DNA of 64,000 bases from the human T2T-CHM13v2.0 reference genome, Homo sapiens (GCF_009914755.1 NC_060932.1); one strand, 5' to 3'. Shown: positions 12,311-29,715, counted from the stretch's first letter. The notes: generated by a model from the letters alone, not told the origin. A program made the numbers and translations.

Positions 12311-14650
12311 ATTCTGGATATTAGCCCTTTGTCAGATGGATAGATTGTGAAAATTTTCTCCCATTGTGTAGGTTGCCTGTTCACTCTAATGATAGTTTCT
12401 TTTGCTGTGCAGAAACTCTTTAGTTTAATTAGATCCCATTTGTCTATTTTGGCTTTTGTTGCCATTGCTTTTGGTGTTTTAGTCATGAAGTCTTTGCCCA
12501 TGCCCATGTCCTCAATGGTATTGCCTAGGTTTTCTTCTAGGGTTTTTATGGTTTTAGGTCTAACATTTAAGTCTTTAATCCATCTTGAATTAATTTTGGT
12601 ATAAGGTGTAAGGAAGGGATCCAGTTTCAGCTTTCTGCATATGGCTAGCCAGTTTTCCCAGCACCATTTATTAAATAGGGAATCCTTTCCCCATTGCTTG
12701 TTTTTGTCAAGTTTGTCAAAGATCAGATGGTTGTAGATGTGTGGTGTTATTTCTGAGGCCTCTGTTCTGTTCCGTTGGTCTGTATATCTGTTTTGGTACC
12801 AGTACCATGATGTCTTGGTTGCTGTTGCCTTGTAGTATAGTTTGAAGTCAGGTAGTGTGATGCCTCCAGCTTTGTTCTTTTTGCTTAGGATTGTCTTGGC
12901 AATGCGGGCTCTTTTTTGGTTCCATATGAACTTTAAAGTAGTTTTTTCCAACTCTGTGAAGAAAGTCATTGGTAGCTTGATGGGGATGGCATTGAATCTG
13001 TAAATTACCTTGGGCAGTATGGCCATTTTCGCGATATTGATTCTTCCTACCCATGAGCGTGGAATGTTCTTCCATTTGTTTGTGTCCTCTTTTATTTCCT
13101 TGAGCAGTGGTTTGTAGTTCTCCTTGAAGAGGTCCTTCACATCCCTTGTAAGTTGTATTCCTAGGTATTTTATTCTCTTCATAGCAATTGTGAATGGGAG
13201 TTCACTCATGATTTGGTTCTCTGTTTGTCTGTTGTTGGTGTATAAGAATGCTTGTGATTTTTGCACATTGATTTTGTACATGGATCCTGAGACATTGCTG
13301 AAGTTACTTATCAGCTTATGGAGATTTTGGGCTGAGATGATGGGGTTTTCTAAATGTACAATCATGTCATCTGCAAACAGAGACAATTTGACTTCCTCTC
13401 TTCCTGTCTGAATATAAATTTACAAGAAGGCACATATACACCATGGAATACTATGCAGCCATAAAAAAGGATGAGTTCATGTCCTTTGAAGGGACATGGA
13501 TGACGCTGGAAACCATCATTCTCAGCAAATTATCACAAGGACAAAAAACCAAACACTGCATGTTCTCACTCATAGGTGGGAATTGAACAATAAGAACACA
13601 TGGACACAGGAAGGGGAACGTCACACACCGGGGACTGTTGTGGGGTGGGGGGAGGGGGGAGGGATAGCATTAGGAGATATACCTAATGCTAAATGACGAG
13701 TTAATGGGTGCGACACACCAACATGGCACATGTATACATATGTAACAAACCTGCATGTTGTGCACATGTACCCTAAAACTTTAAGTATAATAATAAAAAA
13801 AAAGAAAAAAACAACCTTATCAGAAAGTGGGCAAAGGATATGAACAGACATTTCTCAAAAGAAGACATTTATGCAGCCAACAAACATACGAAAAAATGCT
13901 CATTATCACTTGTCATTAGAGAAATGTAAATCAAAACCACAATGAGATACCATCTCATGCCAGTTAGAATGGTGATCATTAAAAAGTCAGGAAACAACAG
14001 ATGCTGGAGAGGATGTGGAGAAATAAGAACACTTTTACACTGTTGGTGGGAGTGTAAATTAGTTCAACCATTGTGGAAGACAGTGTGGCGATTCCTCAAG
14101 GATCTAGAACTAGAAATATCATTTGACCCAGCAATCCCATTACTGGGTATATACCCAAAGGATTATAAATCATTCTATAAAGACACATGCACACGTATGT
14201 TTATTGTGGCACTGTTCACAATAGCAAAGACTTGGAACCAACCCAAATGCCCATGAATGATAGACTGGATAAAGAAAATGAGGCACATATACACCGTGGA
14301 ATACTATGCAGCCATAAAAAAGGATGAATTCATGTCCTTTGTAGGGACATGGATGAAGCTGAAAACCATCATTCTCAGCAAACTAAAACAGGAACAGAAA
14401 ACCAAACACCACATGTTCTCACTCGTAAGTGGGAGGTGAACAATGAGAACACATGGACCAGGAAGGGGAACATCACACTCTGGGACCTGTTAGGGGGTGA
14501 GGGGCTGGGGGAGGGATAGCATTAGGAGAAATACCTAATGTAGATGAAGGGTTGATAGGTGCAGCAAACCACCATGGCACATGTACACCTATGTAACAAA
14601 CCTGCATGTTTTGCACATGTACCCCAGAACTTAAAGTATAATAAAAAAAA
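12311..14650 (+). mobile_element. 5'-truncated, 5'-inverted L1PA6/7-like element: inverted piece 12311-13414, forward piece 13416-14650, hosting a nested L1
   Basis: Minus-strand 368-aa ORF2 fragment, followed by a forward ORF2 C-terminus and a 3'UTR of the gtagatga..ggttgat..gtgcagcaaaccaccatggc type. Degenerate TSD aaaaataagtgtgga (12297-12311) and aaaaaaaagtatgga (14643-14657). Confidence 0.9.
13429..13801 (+). mobile_element. Nested 5'-truncated L1PA3/4-like 3' end (~370 bp)
   Basis: Has its own 3'UTR (gctaaatgacgagttaatgg) and poly(A). It splits the host motif tttacaagaa|aaaaacaacc, with aagaa duplicated at 13424-13428 and 13802-13806. Confidence 0.85.
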
Positions 14651-15389
14651 GTATGGAATAAATGTGGAAGAATACATGACATATCTAGACCACTTTCCCC
14701 CCTTCTCTCAAAGAAGTATAAGACCCTACAAACTGGGGTTGGGGGAGAGTTAGAGAACACCAGGATAGTTAGATTCTGGTGAAAGTCCTCAAGAATATGC
14801 CCTGCAGCCTGCCCTATCCTGGACAGAATCCCTGGGAATTGCCATAGAAAGTCCCAGATATATTTGATAATCCAAATATAGAGAAGTCCTATGTTTCACT
14901 TCTTGTTGGGGACCTTGGGAGGCAGTAAGCCCCAGAGTTTCTTGAACCACTATGAGTTAGACAAATAGTAGCACCTGTATAGGTGCCAAGGCAGGCAGAC
15001 CTAAGGCAAATCCATCAATCCTCCATGTGCCTTAGTTGGTGCAAGGGATGAAAACTCCTTACATGTGATTGACATTGTCCAGCACCTGAGACTGAAAGAC
15101 TTGGAAGATGGAAATGCCATTGTAGATGTGGTGTGATCCACAAGTCCATGGACCCATAAGTCCAAATGGGAAGAACAACATATCAGGTTTGGCCAGCCTG
15201 GAGATAGGATGATCACTAAGGATTGAATAGAACAACGTACAGCTCAGCAGATATCTGCGTGGAACAAATCACGACCCAGGGAGAAGATGCCTCTGGGTGA
15301 GATCCTGCTCTGTGAAGCTCCGTGGATCTTGAAAGCCTCTCCCCACCACCCTCTTAGGGAGATTTAGGGAGAAACACTTGCTGAACTTG

Positions 15390-15800
15390 TCAGGACTTGG
15401 TTCCAAGCAAAGAAACCAACTCTAGTTAACATGAACAGAAAAGGAATTTACGGGAAGGACACCAGAGAGTCCTCAGAATCAATGGGCTCGAAAAGGGCAG
15501 AACTGCCTTCAGCCAAAACCACAGCACAGGAAGCTTCTGGTTAGATGCTGATGACACAACTACTGGCATGACTACTTCAGAAATGGACACAGGACATCAC
15601 TGCAGTCAACCTCTGCCACTCCTAGAATAGGTTATGGAGCCACTGATGCTGCTGCCAGAATAAATCCTCCAGGGTCTCTCATTTCCCATGCACTGCAGAC
15701 TTCATGTCCTGGATAGGACTATCCTGTTGGCCAACATTTGTCATGTGCCCACTCTGCAGTTATTTTTGGCTTTGATTCTGATGGGGTGGGTTTTGCTCCT
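15390..15800 (-). mobile_element. Old ERVL/MaLR-type LTR remnant
   Basis: aagcaaagaaaccaactctagttaac...aaaaggaattta resembles the reverse-complemented end of old MLT1/LTR33-class LTRs. Confidence 0.5.
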
Positions 15801-16109
15801 CTTCATTGTGGCATCCCATACCCTCTGCCTCACCCAAAGGAAGAAGGCTCATGCTCATACAACCAAAATGAGTGTTCAACACTCTTGAATTGAATATCTG
15901 GAAGCAACCTGATTATCTGGAATAACTAATTTCTGCTACTGGAAGCTTAGATATAATCTAAATTCAACCACAGAAAAAATAGAAGCTTATGTTTTCATAC
16001 ACCTGAGCTTTGGTTTGAGAAATTTGTATCTGGGTCATTCAGTGGAATGGAGAACACCTTACCCATGCACATGAATGCCCCATGTAACCATTCAGCAACC
16101 GCCCTGGAC

Positions 16110-16240
16110 TGCATCATTAGCCCCTTTTCAAGCCAGGAATCTCAAGGCCAAGTAAGTTAAGTGACTGTTTCACACCAGTAATTAGCAAAGTGAAGATTTG
16201 ATCTTGGGGACTTGTTCTCAAACTTTGAGCCCTATCAACT
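16110..16240 (-). mobile_element. MIR fragment
   Basis: attagcccctttt...aagttaagtgact...tcacac...gatttga. Confidence 0.55.
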
Positions 16241-17384
16241 ACATTGTGATTTATTTTCAAGATATTAGGGCCAGATGATAACTAAATTAGACTATTCTAG
16301 ATCATTTGTTCTGAAACCTTGTCCTTAACATGGTGCCATTTCCTCCTATTACGACGAAAAAGAATAAATCACAATGTAGTGGATAGGGTTCCAGGCTTGG
16401 GGAGTCTGTGCACGTCAGAAAAGCCTCATGGCTCCTCCAAACACAATTCTGACCTTTAATAAACCCAGCAGAATTCATCGTTCTTAGCTCACAGTCCTGT
16501 GCCACCAGAGAAAGAGAATTACCCAGAAACAAAGAGCAAAGTGCTTGTTGCCTACCCACCACATTTTATTCAATTACCTGCCAAGCTCCTTTCTTCCTTT
16601 TCCACTCCCTGGGTATCCATGGGAAGAGGTGAGAAGAGAAGAAAGGCATTTTACAAGTAATCTTGTCTGTTGTGCTTCACCTTGACTGTGCTTGGGGACA
16701 TCATGGATCTCCATTTCTTTATCTCCACTTAACTGAGCAGAGTAGAGGCAGGAAACGCTTAAGACCAGAACAGTAATAGGTGTAAGTAAAAAAAAGTATC
16801 TGTTTTCCATTAAGGAGATTAACTTCTCTGTTGGGGTTGTTATTACAGCACTAGGTCAGGGGCCACTTGTGGCTGACTGGTGCCTCTTCTGACTGGGTGG
16901 TCATGGCCCCCCTCTAGCTCCTCTCTGGAGCAGGGGTCACTCTTCCTAAATCTGGCTTCTCCTGATGGAGTCAGAATGATCAGATTCCCTACTTCAAGTA
17001 TTGACACAATAGGGTAATAATGGTGAGTCCTTGTTTTCAGGACGTTAGAACAAAAGAAGGAAGTATTTTGCCCATGTACTTTACAGCCATTCAATGAGGA
17101 TGATTTCATGTTGAATTGCAAAATAATTACATTTTCTGGTAAAAATTACACCTTATATTGGTTTCCCACATAACATGTTTACCTCTTATGTCAACCCAAT
17201 TCTAGTATGGTGCACTATAGTGTCACTATGTAGTAAACATTTGATGAATAGAAGAATGAAAACTCTCTAAAGACAGAAATAGATGCAAATCTCCACAACC
17301 CAACAAACTGGATGCTGGTAAAAAATAATTGACAACTAGGTGCAGCTATTGTTTTCAGGGCTTTCCTTCTTTCCTTCTGTATTG

Positions 17385-17720
17385 CAAACATTCATTACGA
17401 CAACTTTCAAAGAAACACAAACATAGAATTTTCCAATGAATCTCCATGCATCTATCAACCATCTTTCATAACTATATATTTTTCCACCATTATTGTCAAC
17501 CCCCATTGCCTCACACTTTTTTGGAGGGGATATTTTAAATAAAAACCCAGACATTGTTTGTTTCCACTCACAATCATTTTAGTCTATATTGCAAACAGAA
17601 GAGGACTTTTAAGAAATCTTCAACCACAATCCCATTATCACTTCCTCCCAAATTAACAGTCAGTCTGTAATACCATCTAATACTCAATGTGTGTTTGGTT
17701 TTCATCTCTTCTGAGCTTCC
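17385..17720 (-). mobile_element. L1MC4/5-like 3'UTR remnant
   Basis: tattttaaa..aaacccagacat...aaccacaatcccattatcac...aaattaaca...catctaatactc motif series. Confidence 0.65.
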
Positions 17721-18609
17721 TGTAAAGTTTCTTCCTAAATTAACATTAATTTGTGGCTTAAGACTAGTACTTTTACTATTTATTAGAGATATAACCTCCA
17801 ACACCCTTCCCTCCAAACCCTAATTGAATACTTAAAATTGCTAAATGAATAACTTATATCTCCACTAATTCAATGAAGACTATTTAATGAGGACTTAAAA
17901 TGCTGCTGACATTATAGAAGGTGTATAAAATGGGTAGCACTCCTGGCCTCAACAAGCTTATGGTTTTAAGGAGGATATGCTAGGCTTGGAGGCCCCTCTA
18001 ACACTTTATACTCAGTATGATAAAACTGATCTCATCTTCTTGCCTTTGACAGCCAGCTCCCCAGGGGTCCTGCCATGTCTGACAGTGGCCTCACCATTCC
18101 CCATGCCCCCCAGTCTCGACACTTGGCCCTTTTTCTTTAGCCTCCATATGTAGTCAGTTTCAAATTGGACTAATTTTCTTCTGAAATGTTTTCCATACTC
18201 AATCTTTTTTTCTCTAGGGGGTCAGCCCTCTGTGACAAAACAAGCCAAATATATGGTTGGAATTTACATGAGTCCTGCCTTCTGTAATGGGGCAAATCGA
18301 GAGGGAGGTGTTAGCAGCTCTGAGGGTATGGAGTCCAGCATTGTGCCGTAAAATGCTTCTTATGAGGCAGGTCCAAGGATGCAGCGTCAGGCAGATATAC
18401 AACAATATGGTATTTGGCATACAAGTAATAATCAGAAAAAGCATCCCATAGCATGCACGTGGCAAGTAGGGAATGGGCCAAAGGAAGTACAGTTGGGACT
18501 AGGATTGTTGAGAATTAGATGGGGCAGATATGAGTGATGACTCCGGCTGATCCTTTGGAATTTCATTTAGAAGCAGAGAATCAATGTTTGATCACTTTCT
18601 TTAATTTCA

Positions 18610-18810
18610 TATGCAGCAACAGAAAACTACCAAATTACTACTAATTTATCAGTTTCCGACAAGATTCATTTATTCTCTCACATTTCTGCAGGTCAGAAAT
18701 CCAGGCAGCTTGACTGGGTTCTCTGCTCAGGGTCTCTCACAGGGCTGTCAAGGTGTTGGCCAGCCTGGGATCTTATTTAGAGGCTAGGGAAATCAACTAC
18801 CAGTTTTATT
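18610..18810 (-). mobile_element. MLT1 (MaLR) LTR fragment
   Basis: catttattctctcaca.ttctgcaggtcagaaatccaggcagcttgactgggttctctgctcagggtct. Confidence 0.8.
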
Positions 18811-19424
18811 ACCATTTTAAGTTATAAAATAGAGGCAAAGACTGTCTTCAAATGATGGGGGTGATTTCTACTTTATCTGCAGTTTTTTCCACTGTGGCTG
18901 TACCAAGAATGAACACGGTCTCTCTACTAGTTTTCTCAGATTGAACAATGGTTTAGGCTTATACTTAACATAGTAGCCCATTCTCTGTTTATTAAAAAAA
19001 ACCACACACATAGAATCTTATAGGTTTGTGTATTTTATGTTTAAATTAAATTCTTATAACTTCATGACCTCACCTCACTGAAAATTGAGATGGTAAGACC
19101 CATTGCCTTTTCTCAATGATCTCAAGGCCAGGGCCATCTGGAATATTTAGTGTATTTAACATGTGAACACATCAACAATAAACTTTCTGGTTGTTGTTTT
19201 TTTTCTTTTTTTTATTATTATTATACTTTAAGTTTTAGGGTACATGTGCACATTGTGCAGGTTAGTTACATATGTATACATGTGCCATGCTGGTGCGCTG
19301 CACCCACTAACGTGTCATCTAGCATTAGGTATATCTCCCAATGCTATCCCTCCCCCATCCCCCGACCCCACCACAGTCCCCAGAGTGTGATATTCCCCTT
19401 CCTGTGTCCATGTGATCTCATTGT

Positions 19425-23252
<3,828 letters not shown>

Positions 23253-23315
23253 TATGATGTTAGCTGGTGATTTTGCTCGTTAGTTGATGCAGTTTCTTCC
23301 TAGTCTCGATGGTCT

Positions 23316-24333
23316 TTACATTTTGGCATGATTTTGCAGCGGCTGGTACCGGTTGTTCCTTTCCATGTTTAGCGCTTCCTTCAGGAGCTCTTTTAGGGCA
23401 GGCCTGGTGGTGACAAAAATCTCTCAGCATTTGCTTGTCTATAAAGTATTTTATTTCTCCTTCACTTATGAAGCTTAGTTTGTCTGGATATGAAATTCTG
23501 GGTTGAAAATTCTTTTCTTTAAGAATGTTGAGTATTGGCCCCCACTCTCTTCTGGCTTGTAGGGTTTCTGCCGAGAGATCCACTGTTAGTCTGATGGGCT
23601 TCCCTTTGAGGGTAACCCGACCTTTCTCTCTGGCTGCCCTTAACATTTTTTCCTTCATTTCAACTTTGGTGAATCTGACAATTATGTGTCTTGGAGTTGC
23701 TCTTCTCGAGGAGTATCTTTGTGGCGTTCTCTGTATTTCCTGAATCTGAACGTTGGCCTGCCTTGCTAGATTGGGGAAGTTCTCCTGGATAATATCCTGC
23801 AGAGTGTTTTCCAACTTGGTTCCATTCTCCACATCACTTTCAGGTACACCAATCAGACGTAGATTTGGTCTTTTCACATAGTCCCATATTTCTTGGAGGC
23901 TTTGCTCATTTCTTTTTATTCTTTTTTCTCTAAACTTCCCTTCTCGCTTCATTTCATTCATTTCATCTTCCATCGCTGATACCCTTTCTTCCAGTTGATC
24001 GCATCGGCTCCTGAGGCTTCTGCATTCTTCACGTAGTTCTCGAGCCTTGGTTTTCAGCTCCATCAGCTCCTTTAAGCACTTCTCTGTATTGGTTATTCTA
24101 GTTATACATTCTTCTAAATTTTTTTCAAAGTTTTCAACTTCTTTGCCTTTGGTTTGAATGTCCTCCCATAGCTCAGAGTAATTTGATCGTCTGAAGCCTT
24201 CTTCTCTCATCTCGTCAAAATCATTCTCCATCCAGCTTTTTTCCGTTGCTGGTGAGGAACTGCGTTCCTTTGGAGGAGGAGAGGCGCTCTGCGTTTTAGA
24301 GTTTCCAGTTTTTCTGTTCTGTTTTTTCCCCAT
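23316..24333 (-). pseudogene. L1 ORF1 (RNA-binding chaperone) with a +1 frameshift near the C-terminus
   Basis: MGKKQNRKTGNSKTQ start. The span is 1018 nt against the canonical 1017. An extra base in the A-run at 23415-23419 changes RDFVTT to RDFCHH, and the frame reads on to 23260. Confidence 0.95.
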
Positions 24334-25239
24334 CTTTGTGGTTTTATCTACTTTTGGTCTTTGATGATGGTGATGTACAGATGGGTTTTCGGTGTAGATG
24401 TCCTTTCTGGTTGTTAGTTTTCCTTCTAACAGACAGGACCCTCAGCTGCAGGTCTGTTGGAATACCCTGCCGTGTGAGGTGTCAGTGTGCCCCTGCTGGG
24501 GGGTGCCTCCCAGTTAGGCTGCTCGGGGGTTAGGGGTCAGGGACCCACTTGAGGAGGCAGTCTGCCCGTTCTCAGATCTCCAGCTGCGTGCTGGGAGAAC
24601 CACTGCTCTCTTCAAAGCTGTCAGACAGGGACACTTAAGTCTGCAGAGGTTACTGCTGTCTTTTTGTTTGTCTGTGCCCTGCCCCCAGAGGTGGAGCCTA
24701 CAGAGGCAGGCAGGCCTCCTTGAGCTGTGGTGGGCTCCACCCAGTTCGAGCTTCCCGGCTGCTTTGTTTACCTAAGCAAGCCTGAGCAATGGCGGGCGCC
24801 CCTCCCCCAGCCTCGTTGCCCCCTTGCAGTTTGATCTCAGACTGCTGTGCTAGCAATCAGCGAGATTCCGTGGGCGTAGGACCCTCTCAGCCAGGTGTGG
24901 GATATAGTCTCGTGGTGCGCCGTTTTTTAAGCCGGTCTGAAAAGCGCAATATTCAGGTGGGAGTGACCCGATTTTCCAGGTGCGTTCGTCACCCCTTTCT
25001 TTGACTCGGAAAGGGAACTCCCTGACCCCTTGCGCTTCCCAGGTGAGGCAATGCCTCGCCCTGCTTCGGCTCGCGCACGGTGCGAGCACACACTGGCCTG
25101 CGCCCACTGTCTGGCACTCCCTAGTGAGATGAACCCGGTACCTCAGATGGAAATGCAGAAATCACCTGTCTTCTGCGTCGCTCACGCTGGGAGCTGTAGA
25201 CCGGAGCTGTTCCTATTTGGCCATCTTGGCTCCTCCCCC
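24334..25239 (-). promoter_or_regulatory. L1 5'UTR with internal sense promoter and antisense promoter (the antisense promoter fires toward higher coordinates)
   Basis: YY1 site CAAGATGGCC at 25219-25228. The 24790-25210 stretch remains CpG-rich. Promoter function is established knowledge of L1 5'UTRs. Confidence 0.85.
24789..25004 (+). CDS. ORF0: L1 ORF0, an intact 71-aa primate-specific antisense ORF
   Basis: MAGAPPPASLPPCSLISDCCASNQRDSVGVGPS...RFSRCVRHPFL, in a strong start context (gcaATGg). Internal donors are CAG|GTGTGG after 24894 (+106) and CAG|GTGCGT after 24979 (+191). Confidence 0.9.
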   Translation: MAGAPPPASLPPCSLISDCCASNQRDSVGVGPSQPGVGYSLVVRRFLSRSEKRNIQVGVTRFSRCVRHPFL

Positions 25240-25785
25240 TGTTTTTTTCAAGAAGGCTTTTCTTATTCGGTTTACAAAAATTATTAAAAATAAGTCTCAG
25301 TTTTTCAACTCTTTACATATACTCCAGGTTTTCTTACTCTCCACTTTTTTTCTTAGTGGATTCAGGAGTTCCCTAATTTTAATTTTTATTTCTGAGGTTA
25401 ACATTTGAAAATGATGGAGAATTTTCACTATTACCTGATCAAAATGATTATACCAAATATGTGATTAAACATTTGTGAACATACTGCTCAGAAGAAAATA
25501 ACCTTTAATTTTCTTTCCAACTAATGAGGACACCACTTTTTTTTCTTAATATGGGATTGCAATTAGGACTTATTTATTTCTTAGCATTTTAGAAAAAATG
25601 CCTCTCAGACTCATTGGGGATGTAATAGTTCTCCTATATAAATGGAACTTTAAAAAATACATTTACTAGAAACTAAAATTTGATTCATGTACTTTGAGAA
25701 CAACATCAATCTTAGATAACAGAGTTCTTAGAAAACCAAAGCAATATTTATGGTTGTTTAAAAATAATATTCACAGGGTTAGGTA

Positions 25786-26215
25786 CGTTAAAAGACAAAA
25801 TTATGACAAACTTAATTTACAGATCTTAATTGGCTCTTATAGATGATTCTAGAATCAGGTGACACCTCATTCTATAAAGTAGAATGAGTGTTCCATTTTG
25901 CTGAGTGGAGGAGGTTGGCTTTATAGATAGAACAGGGCTAAAGAAAGCTGAAATGGAGAACAAAAAGCAGATTGGTCATTACAAAATTACTTTCCTTGTA
26001 AAGGGGTGGTGGACTTCCTTATCATGACAGCTAAAACCTACCCATTTGGGGATTTGGCTTCTCTCTCCTGATTTCTTGGAAGTTAAGATAAACAACTCAG
26101 TTTTGATTTAGTGGTGTGGAACCTTAGCACAAGTGACTCCATTTTGGTTTAGTCTGTTGAGCCCTGCTGTGGGAGTTTAGTTGAAACCAATGGCCTTCTA
26201 CAGATTTTATTAATA
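25786..26215 (-). mobile_element. MER31-like ERV1 solo LTR
   Basis: agtgactccattttggttt...aatggcc...attttat matches the reverse-complemented MER31 start. 4-bp TSD ggta at 25782-25785 and 26216-26219. Confidence 0.85.
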
Positions 26216-26514
26216 GGTACTATTACCTGGTCAAAATGAGATGACAAGATTGATTTCTCTATTTTCAGGTTAATTTTTCAACTCCAAACCAATTTGATAT
26301 AGTGTTGACTTAAATAGCACCCTATAGAAAACCATCCAATTCAAAAATTATTTCTATTTAACGCCTTCAGCTGTTTTGAAATTTATGTTCCATTTTATCC
26401 AGAATGAACTGGCTGAGAAGAAGTTAGGGATGGCTTTTGTGCGCCTGTTTTTCCATCATTCCTTTCTTCCTCTTTCTCTGAGCAGATCCTACTGGACCAA
26501 AGCAGTGGTGGTGG

Positions 26515-26593
26515 GAATGCCTGGCCCCATAGTTGATGCTCTGTGAATCGTTTTTGAATAGATGAATGAATGAATGAATGAATGAATGAATGA
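26515..26593 (+). repeat. L2 3' terminus with (GAAT)n tail
   Basis: tgcctggccccatagttgatgctc... followed by about 7 GAAT units. Confidence 0.8.
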
Positions 26594-27163
26594 GGATGGC
26601 ATAAAAGCAGGAAGGGGGAATTATTCTGGAGTGGTTGGTTTTTAGCCTTTCCAAGGCAGCAGGTGATTTTCAGTAACCGAGCACAGAACAGCTGCTTCCC
26701 ATCACCTTCCTCAAAACTCCAGGAGTGAGTGTTGCTGTGACCTCAGTCTTGCTGGCACTTACCGCACAGGGAGGACGTGCAGGTTCAGAAATCTTGTGAA
26801 ATAGAGTCAAGAAAATTTACAGGATGCCTGCTGAGCAGGGGGTACCAAAAAGACCAAATGGGAGTTTATGTAGTGACTGTACCAGCAAAAACTTCCCCCG
26901 GTGGCTGGCTGTGAAGTCCAGAATTTGGCTCCTAATGTCATCAAGAGTGACACATGTTATTGATGGCACTGGTTCCTGGAATCTACTTGAATCTTGCAAT
27001 TTTTTTTCTTGCTATCTTTATTTTTCTCTGTCACTTTCTCTCTCTTTCCCTTCCTCTCTTTCACACGCACTCTTTGTATTTCCATGGTGGTGCTGAGCTT
27101 GTGTATAGAAGGTGACTTGACTTGGTGTCTGGTGAGGCCAAGGGGCAGCTTCTCCTGTGATAG

Positions 27164-27227
27164 GCACATTCGTGAACTCAGGGTCGTACTCCAAGAACAT
27201 CTAAAGATGATTCAGCATCAGCATGAG
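27164..27227 (+). other. Candidate 64-nt internal exon (xHIRELRVVLQEHLKMIQHQHE)
   Basis: Acceptor cttctcctgtgatag|G and donor GAG|gtactt in non-repeat DNA. Only one of three frames is open and the peptide looks helical. The gene is not recognised. Confidence 0.35.
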
Positions 27228-29715
27228 GTACTTTGAGTTTTTTGGCATTTTCTAAGCTACCGGGGAGGGGGACAAAAAGGTGGAAATGAATCACTTCATG
27301 TAAATAAAACTTCAATAGTACTTTTCTGGAAAAAAACAGAAACAGCCCATCATAGAAACGACAGTCTCCAGGCCAAGAGGGAAGTGAGCAGGGAGCAGTT
27401 TGAACATGCACCAGGTCACCTCCTGGAGTAGTCTGGTCTTACCCCGGGTAAAAAAAATGAGATTATTCAGGCAAGGAAAGTAAGGAGGGCAAATGTGTGA
27501 ATAAATATTATGATGAGAATCATAGTCAATAGTTGTCAGAAGAAAGAATAAAGCAGCCAGGCAGAAATGTGTTAAGGAATTTCCTTCCTCCCACAACTTT
27601 AAGATAAGATTCTGGAATTATTGTTGTTGTAATTATTATTATTATTTACAGAGAAAATTTACAGTGGCTAGTGGTTAGAGTTTGTTTTCTGTCCTGATAG
27701 GGCTGGTGTGGGGTCTTGGTTTGTTAAATTGTTTTCTCATGCAAGCTGTATTGTAAGACCTAACATTTCAAGTGCTGCCTTGACATCTTTGAACCTCACA
27801 AGTCCCCCAAAGCCTAACTATGAATTCCTCTGCACTTCCTAGATATGCCTTCTGCTAAGTGGAAAAGGCTCTCCCTCTTCACCCACCTGTGATTATTTCC
27901 CCCATTAGCCAGACCAGCTTCACCCAACCCAGTTCTCAAACTAACAGATTTCATTTCCCTGCTGGACTGAAAAATTACTCCAACAATCCATGGGAACCAG
28001 GGGACACCTCCAAGTCTTGACATTATAAAGGCTGCCTCTCAGAGCCCCTGGTTGCTTAGTTTATTCCCATGTGCAACCCCTGTGTGGCCCTGCCTCCATG
28101 GCATACAGTGTCTTCCTCCCTCAGGCTATGGTATATGTGACTAAAAACTGCTATCAATTTCATCTGTTTAACGTCAAGTGTTGTGTGTTTAGCCATCTCA
28201 TACTATTTAGTGTGGGAGATCCCTTCTCTACCAATAGGGCGAATAGGAGTTTATCAGAATCTGAGCACACTCATGACTTCAGGGTATTGACCAGTGCTTG
28301 GCTCATCCAGTGGTCAAAAGCCTGTTCAAATTTCTGGGGATACTCACCTACAGATGCATGGAAAGCCAATACATAGCCAGAATAAGGAATCAGTAGGCAT
28401 AGAATTGACCTTCCAATCCTCAGATTTTTGAAGAACATCTCATGACCCAGACACAAAGCAAGGATCAGGAGTCTAAGCTTATCCTATGAAAAAACTGACC
28501 ACATCCTGCTCTATCTCCACACACCTGTCTTTCCCCAAAGTAAAGCACATTCTTTAAGACTCACAATATTCTGCATCAGCCATTTATTCTTATATCTGGG
28601 AACTGTAGTTCTTGAAGTCTCTTAATTGCATTGCTTTAAGATGGATTCCATATAGAAACATCGACATGGAAAAACAATGTAAATATTGCTTAAACTAGAA
28701 TTCAGAAACAAGGTACTACCTTAGGTATTTTCACCTTAATTAAAACAGCCATGATACTAAACAGTTAAGTTGCATTGACTTGCAGTTATTACTTTATATT
28801 TGGCTTTGCTATTCTGTGTCAAAAAAGTTTGGTTCTCTTTTTCCCATATAGAACCTCAAAATGCCATCAGTCCATGGGATATTTTCTTTAAACTGGTCAA
28901 TTTGGTGGAGTAATTTATTTAAAATAAGTTTTTTAAAATATAGTTTTCTCTTTATTTTACAAAATGAGTAATGCAAGCTGGGACGTGGAGCTATAAAGTC
29001 ATTGCAAAAAAAAATTACACAGCAAAACTGCTATTTTTGGCTTCTAATTCTAACCCGTTTGCCAACTTGTTGCAAGTTATACTTATCAAGGGATCATACA
29101 CTTTTTCCATCTTGTTTCATCTTGAACCTAAAATGCTAACAGAGACCGTGAATGGTATTTGATTTAATTAGCTAGTGTTGCTATTGCTTGCTATATCTCC
29201 CAACTCTAAATATCTCTAAACATAAGCTTCTTTTGAATCCAGCTTTTAAGTGACATAAATTGTATTCACAGGAATAAAAATCATTACTTATCTATGATAT
29301 ATATGTTTATATTTCAACTGGAATGCTTTATCACACAGTCCTTAGTTTATGTTATAAAAGGATGGATCTATAATAAGTCAGCAGAAACCACAGGCATTCC
29401 TTTGGAATAACTCAATGGGAAACAACAAAAAACCATGTTTAAAATTAAATTTTTAAAGAAAGTAATTTTATTTTACTCCCTGTGAAATTTGAGATGTTGA
29501 AATTAAACATCCATAATATATAGTACACAGGTGCAGTTGCTACTTTTTTTAAAAAAAAACAGGAGGTATTTAGTGAATATTATTTTGGCCATTGAAATTA
29601 AATAATTTTTACCTATTTTACACAAAGACAGACTCCCTCCAAACAAAGGATAAAAAAAAGTTCCAGAATTCAAGGAAAACAATTGCCAAATTCAGATATG
29701 AAGCTCAATAGAGCA

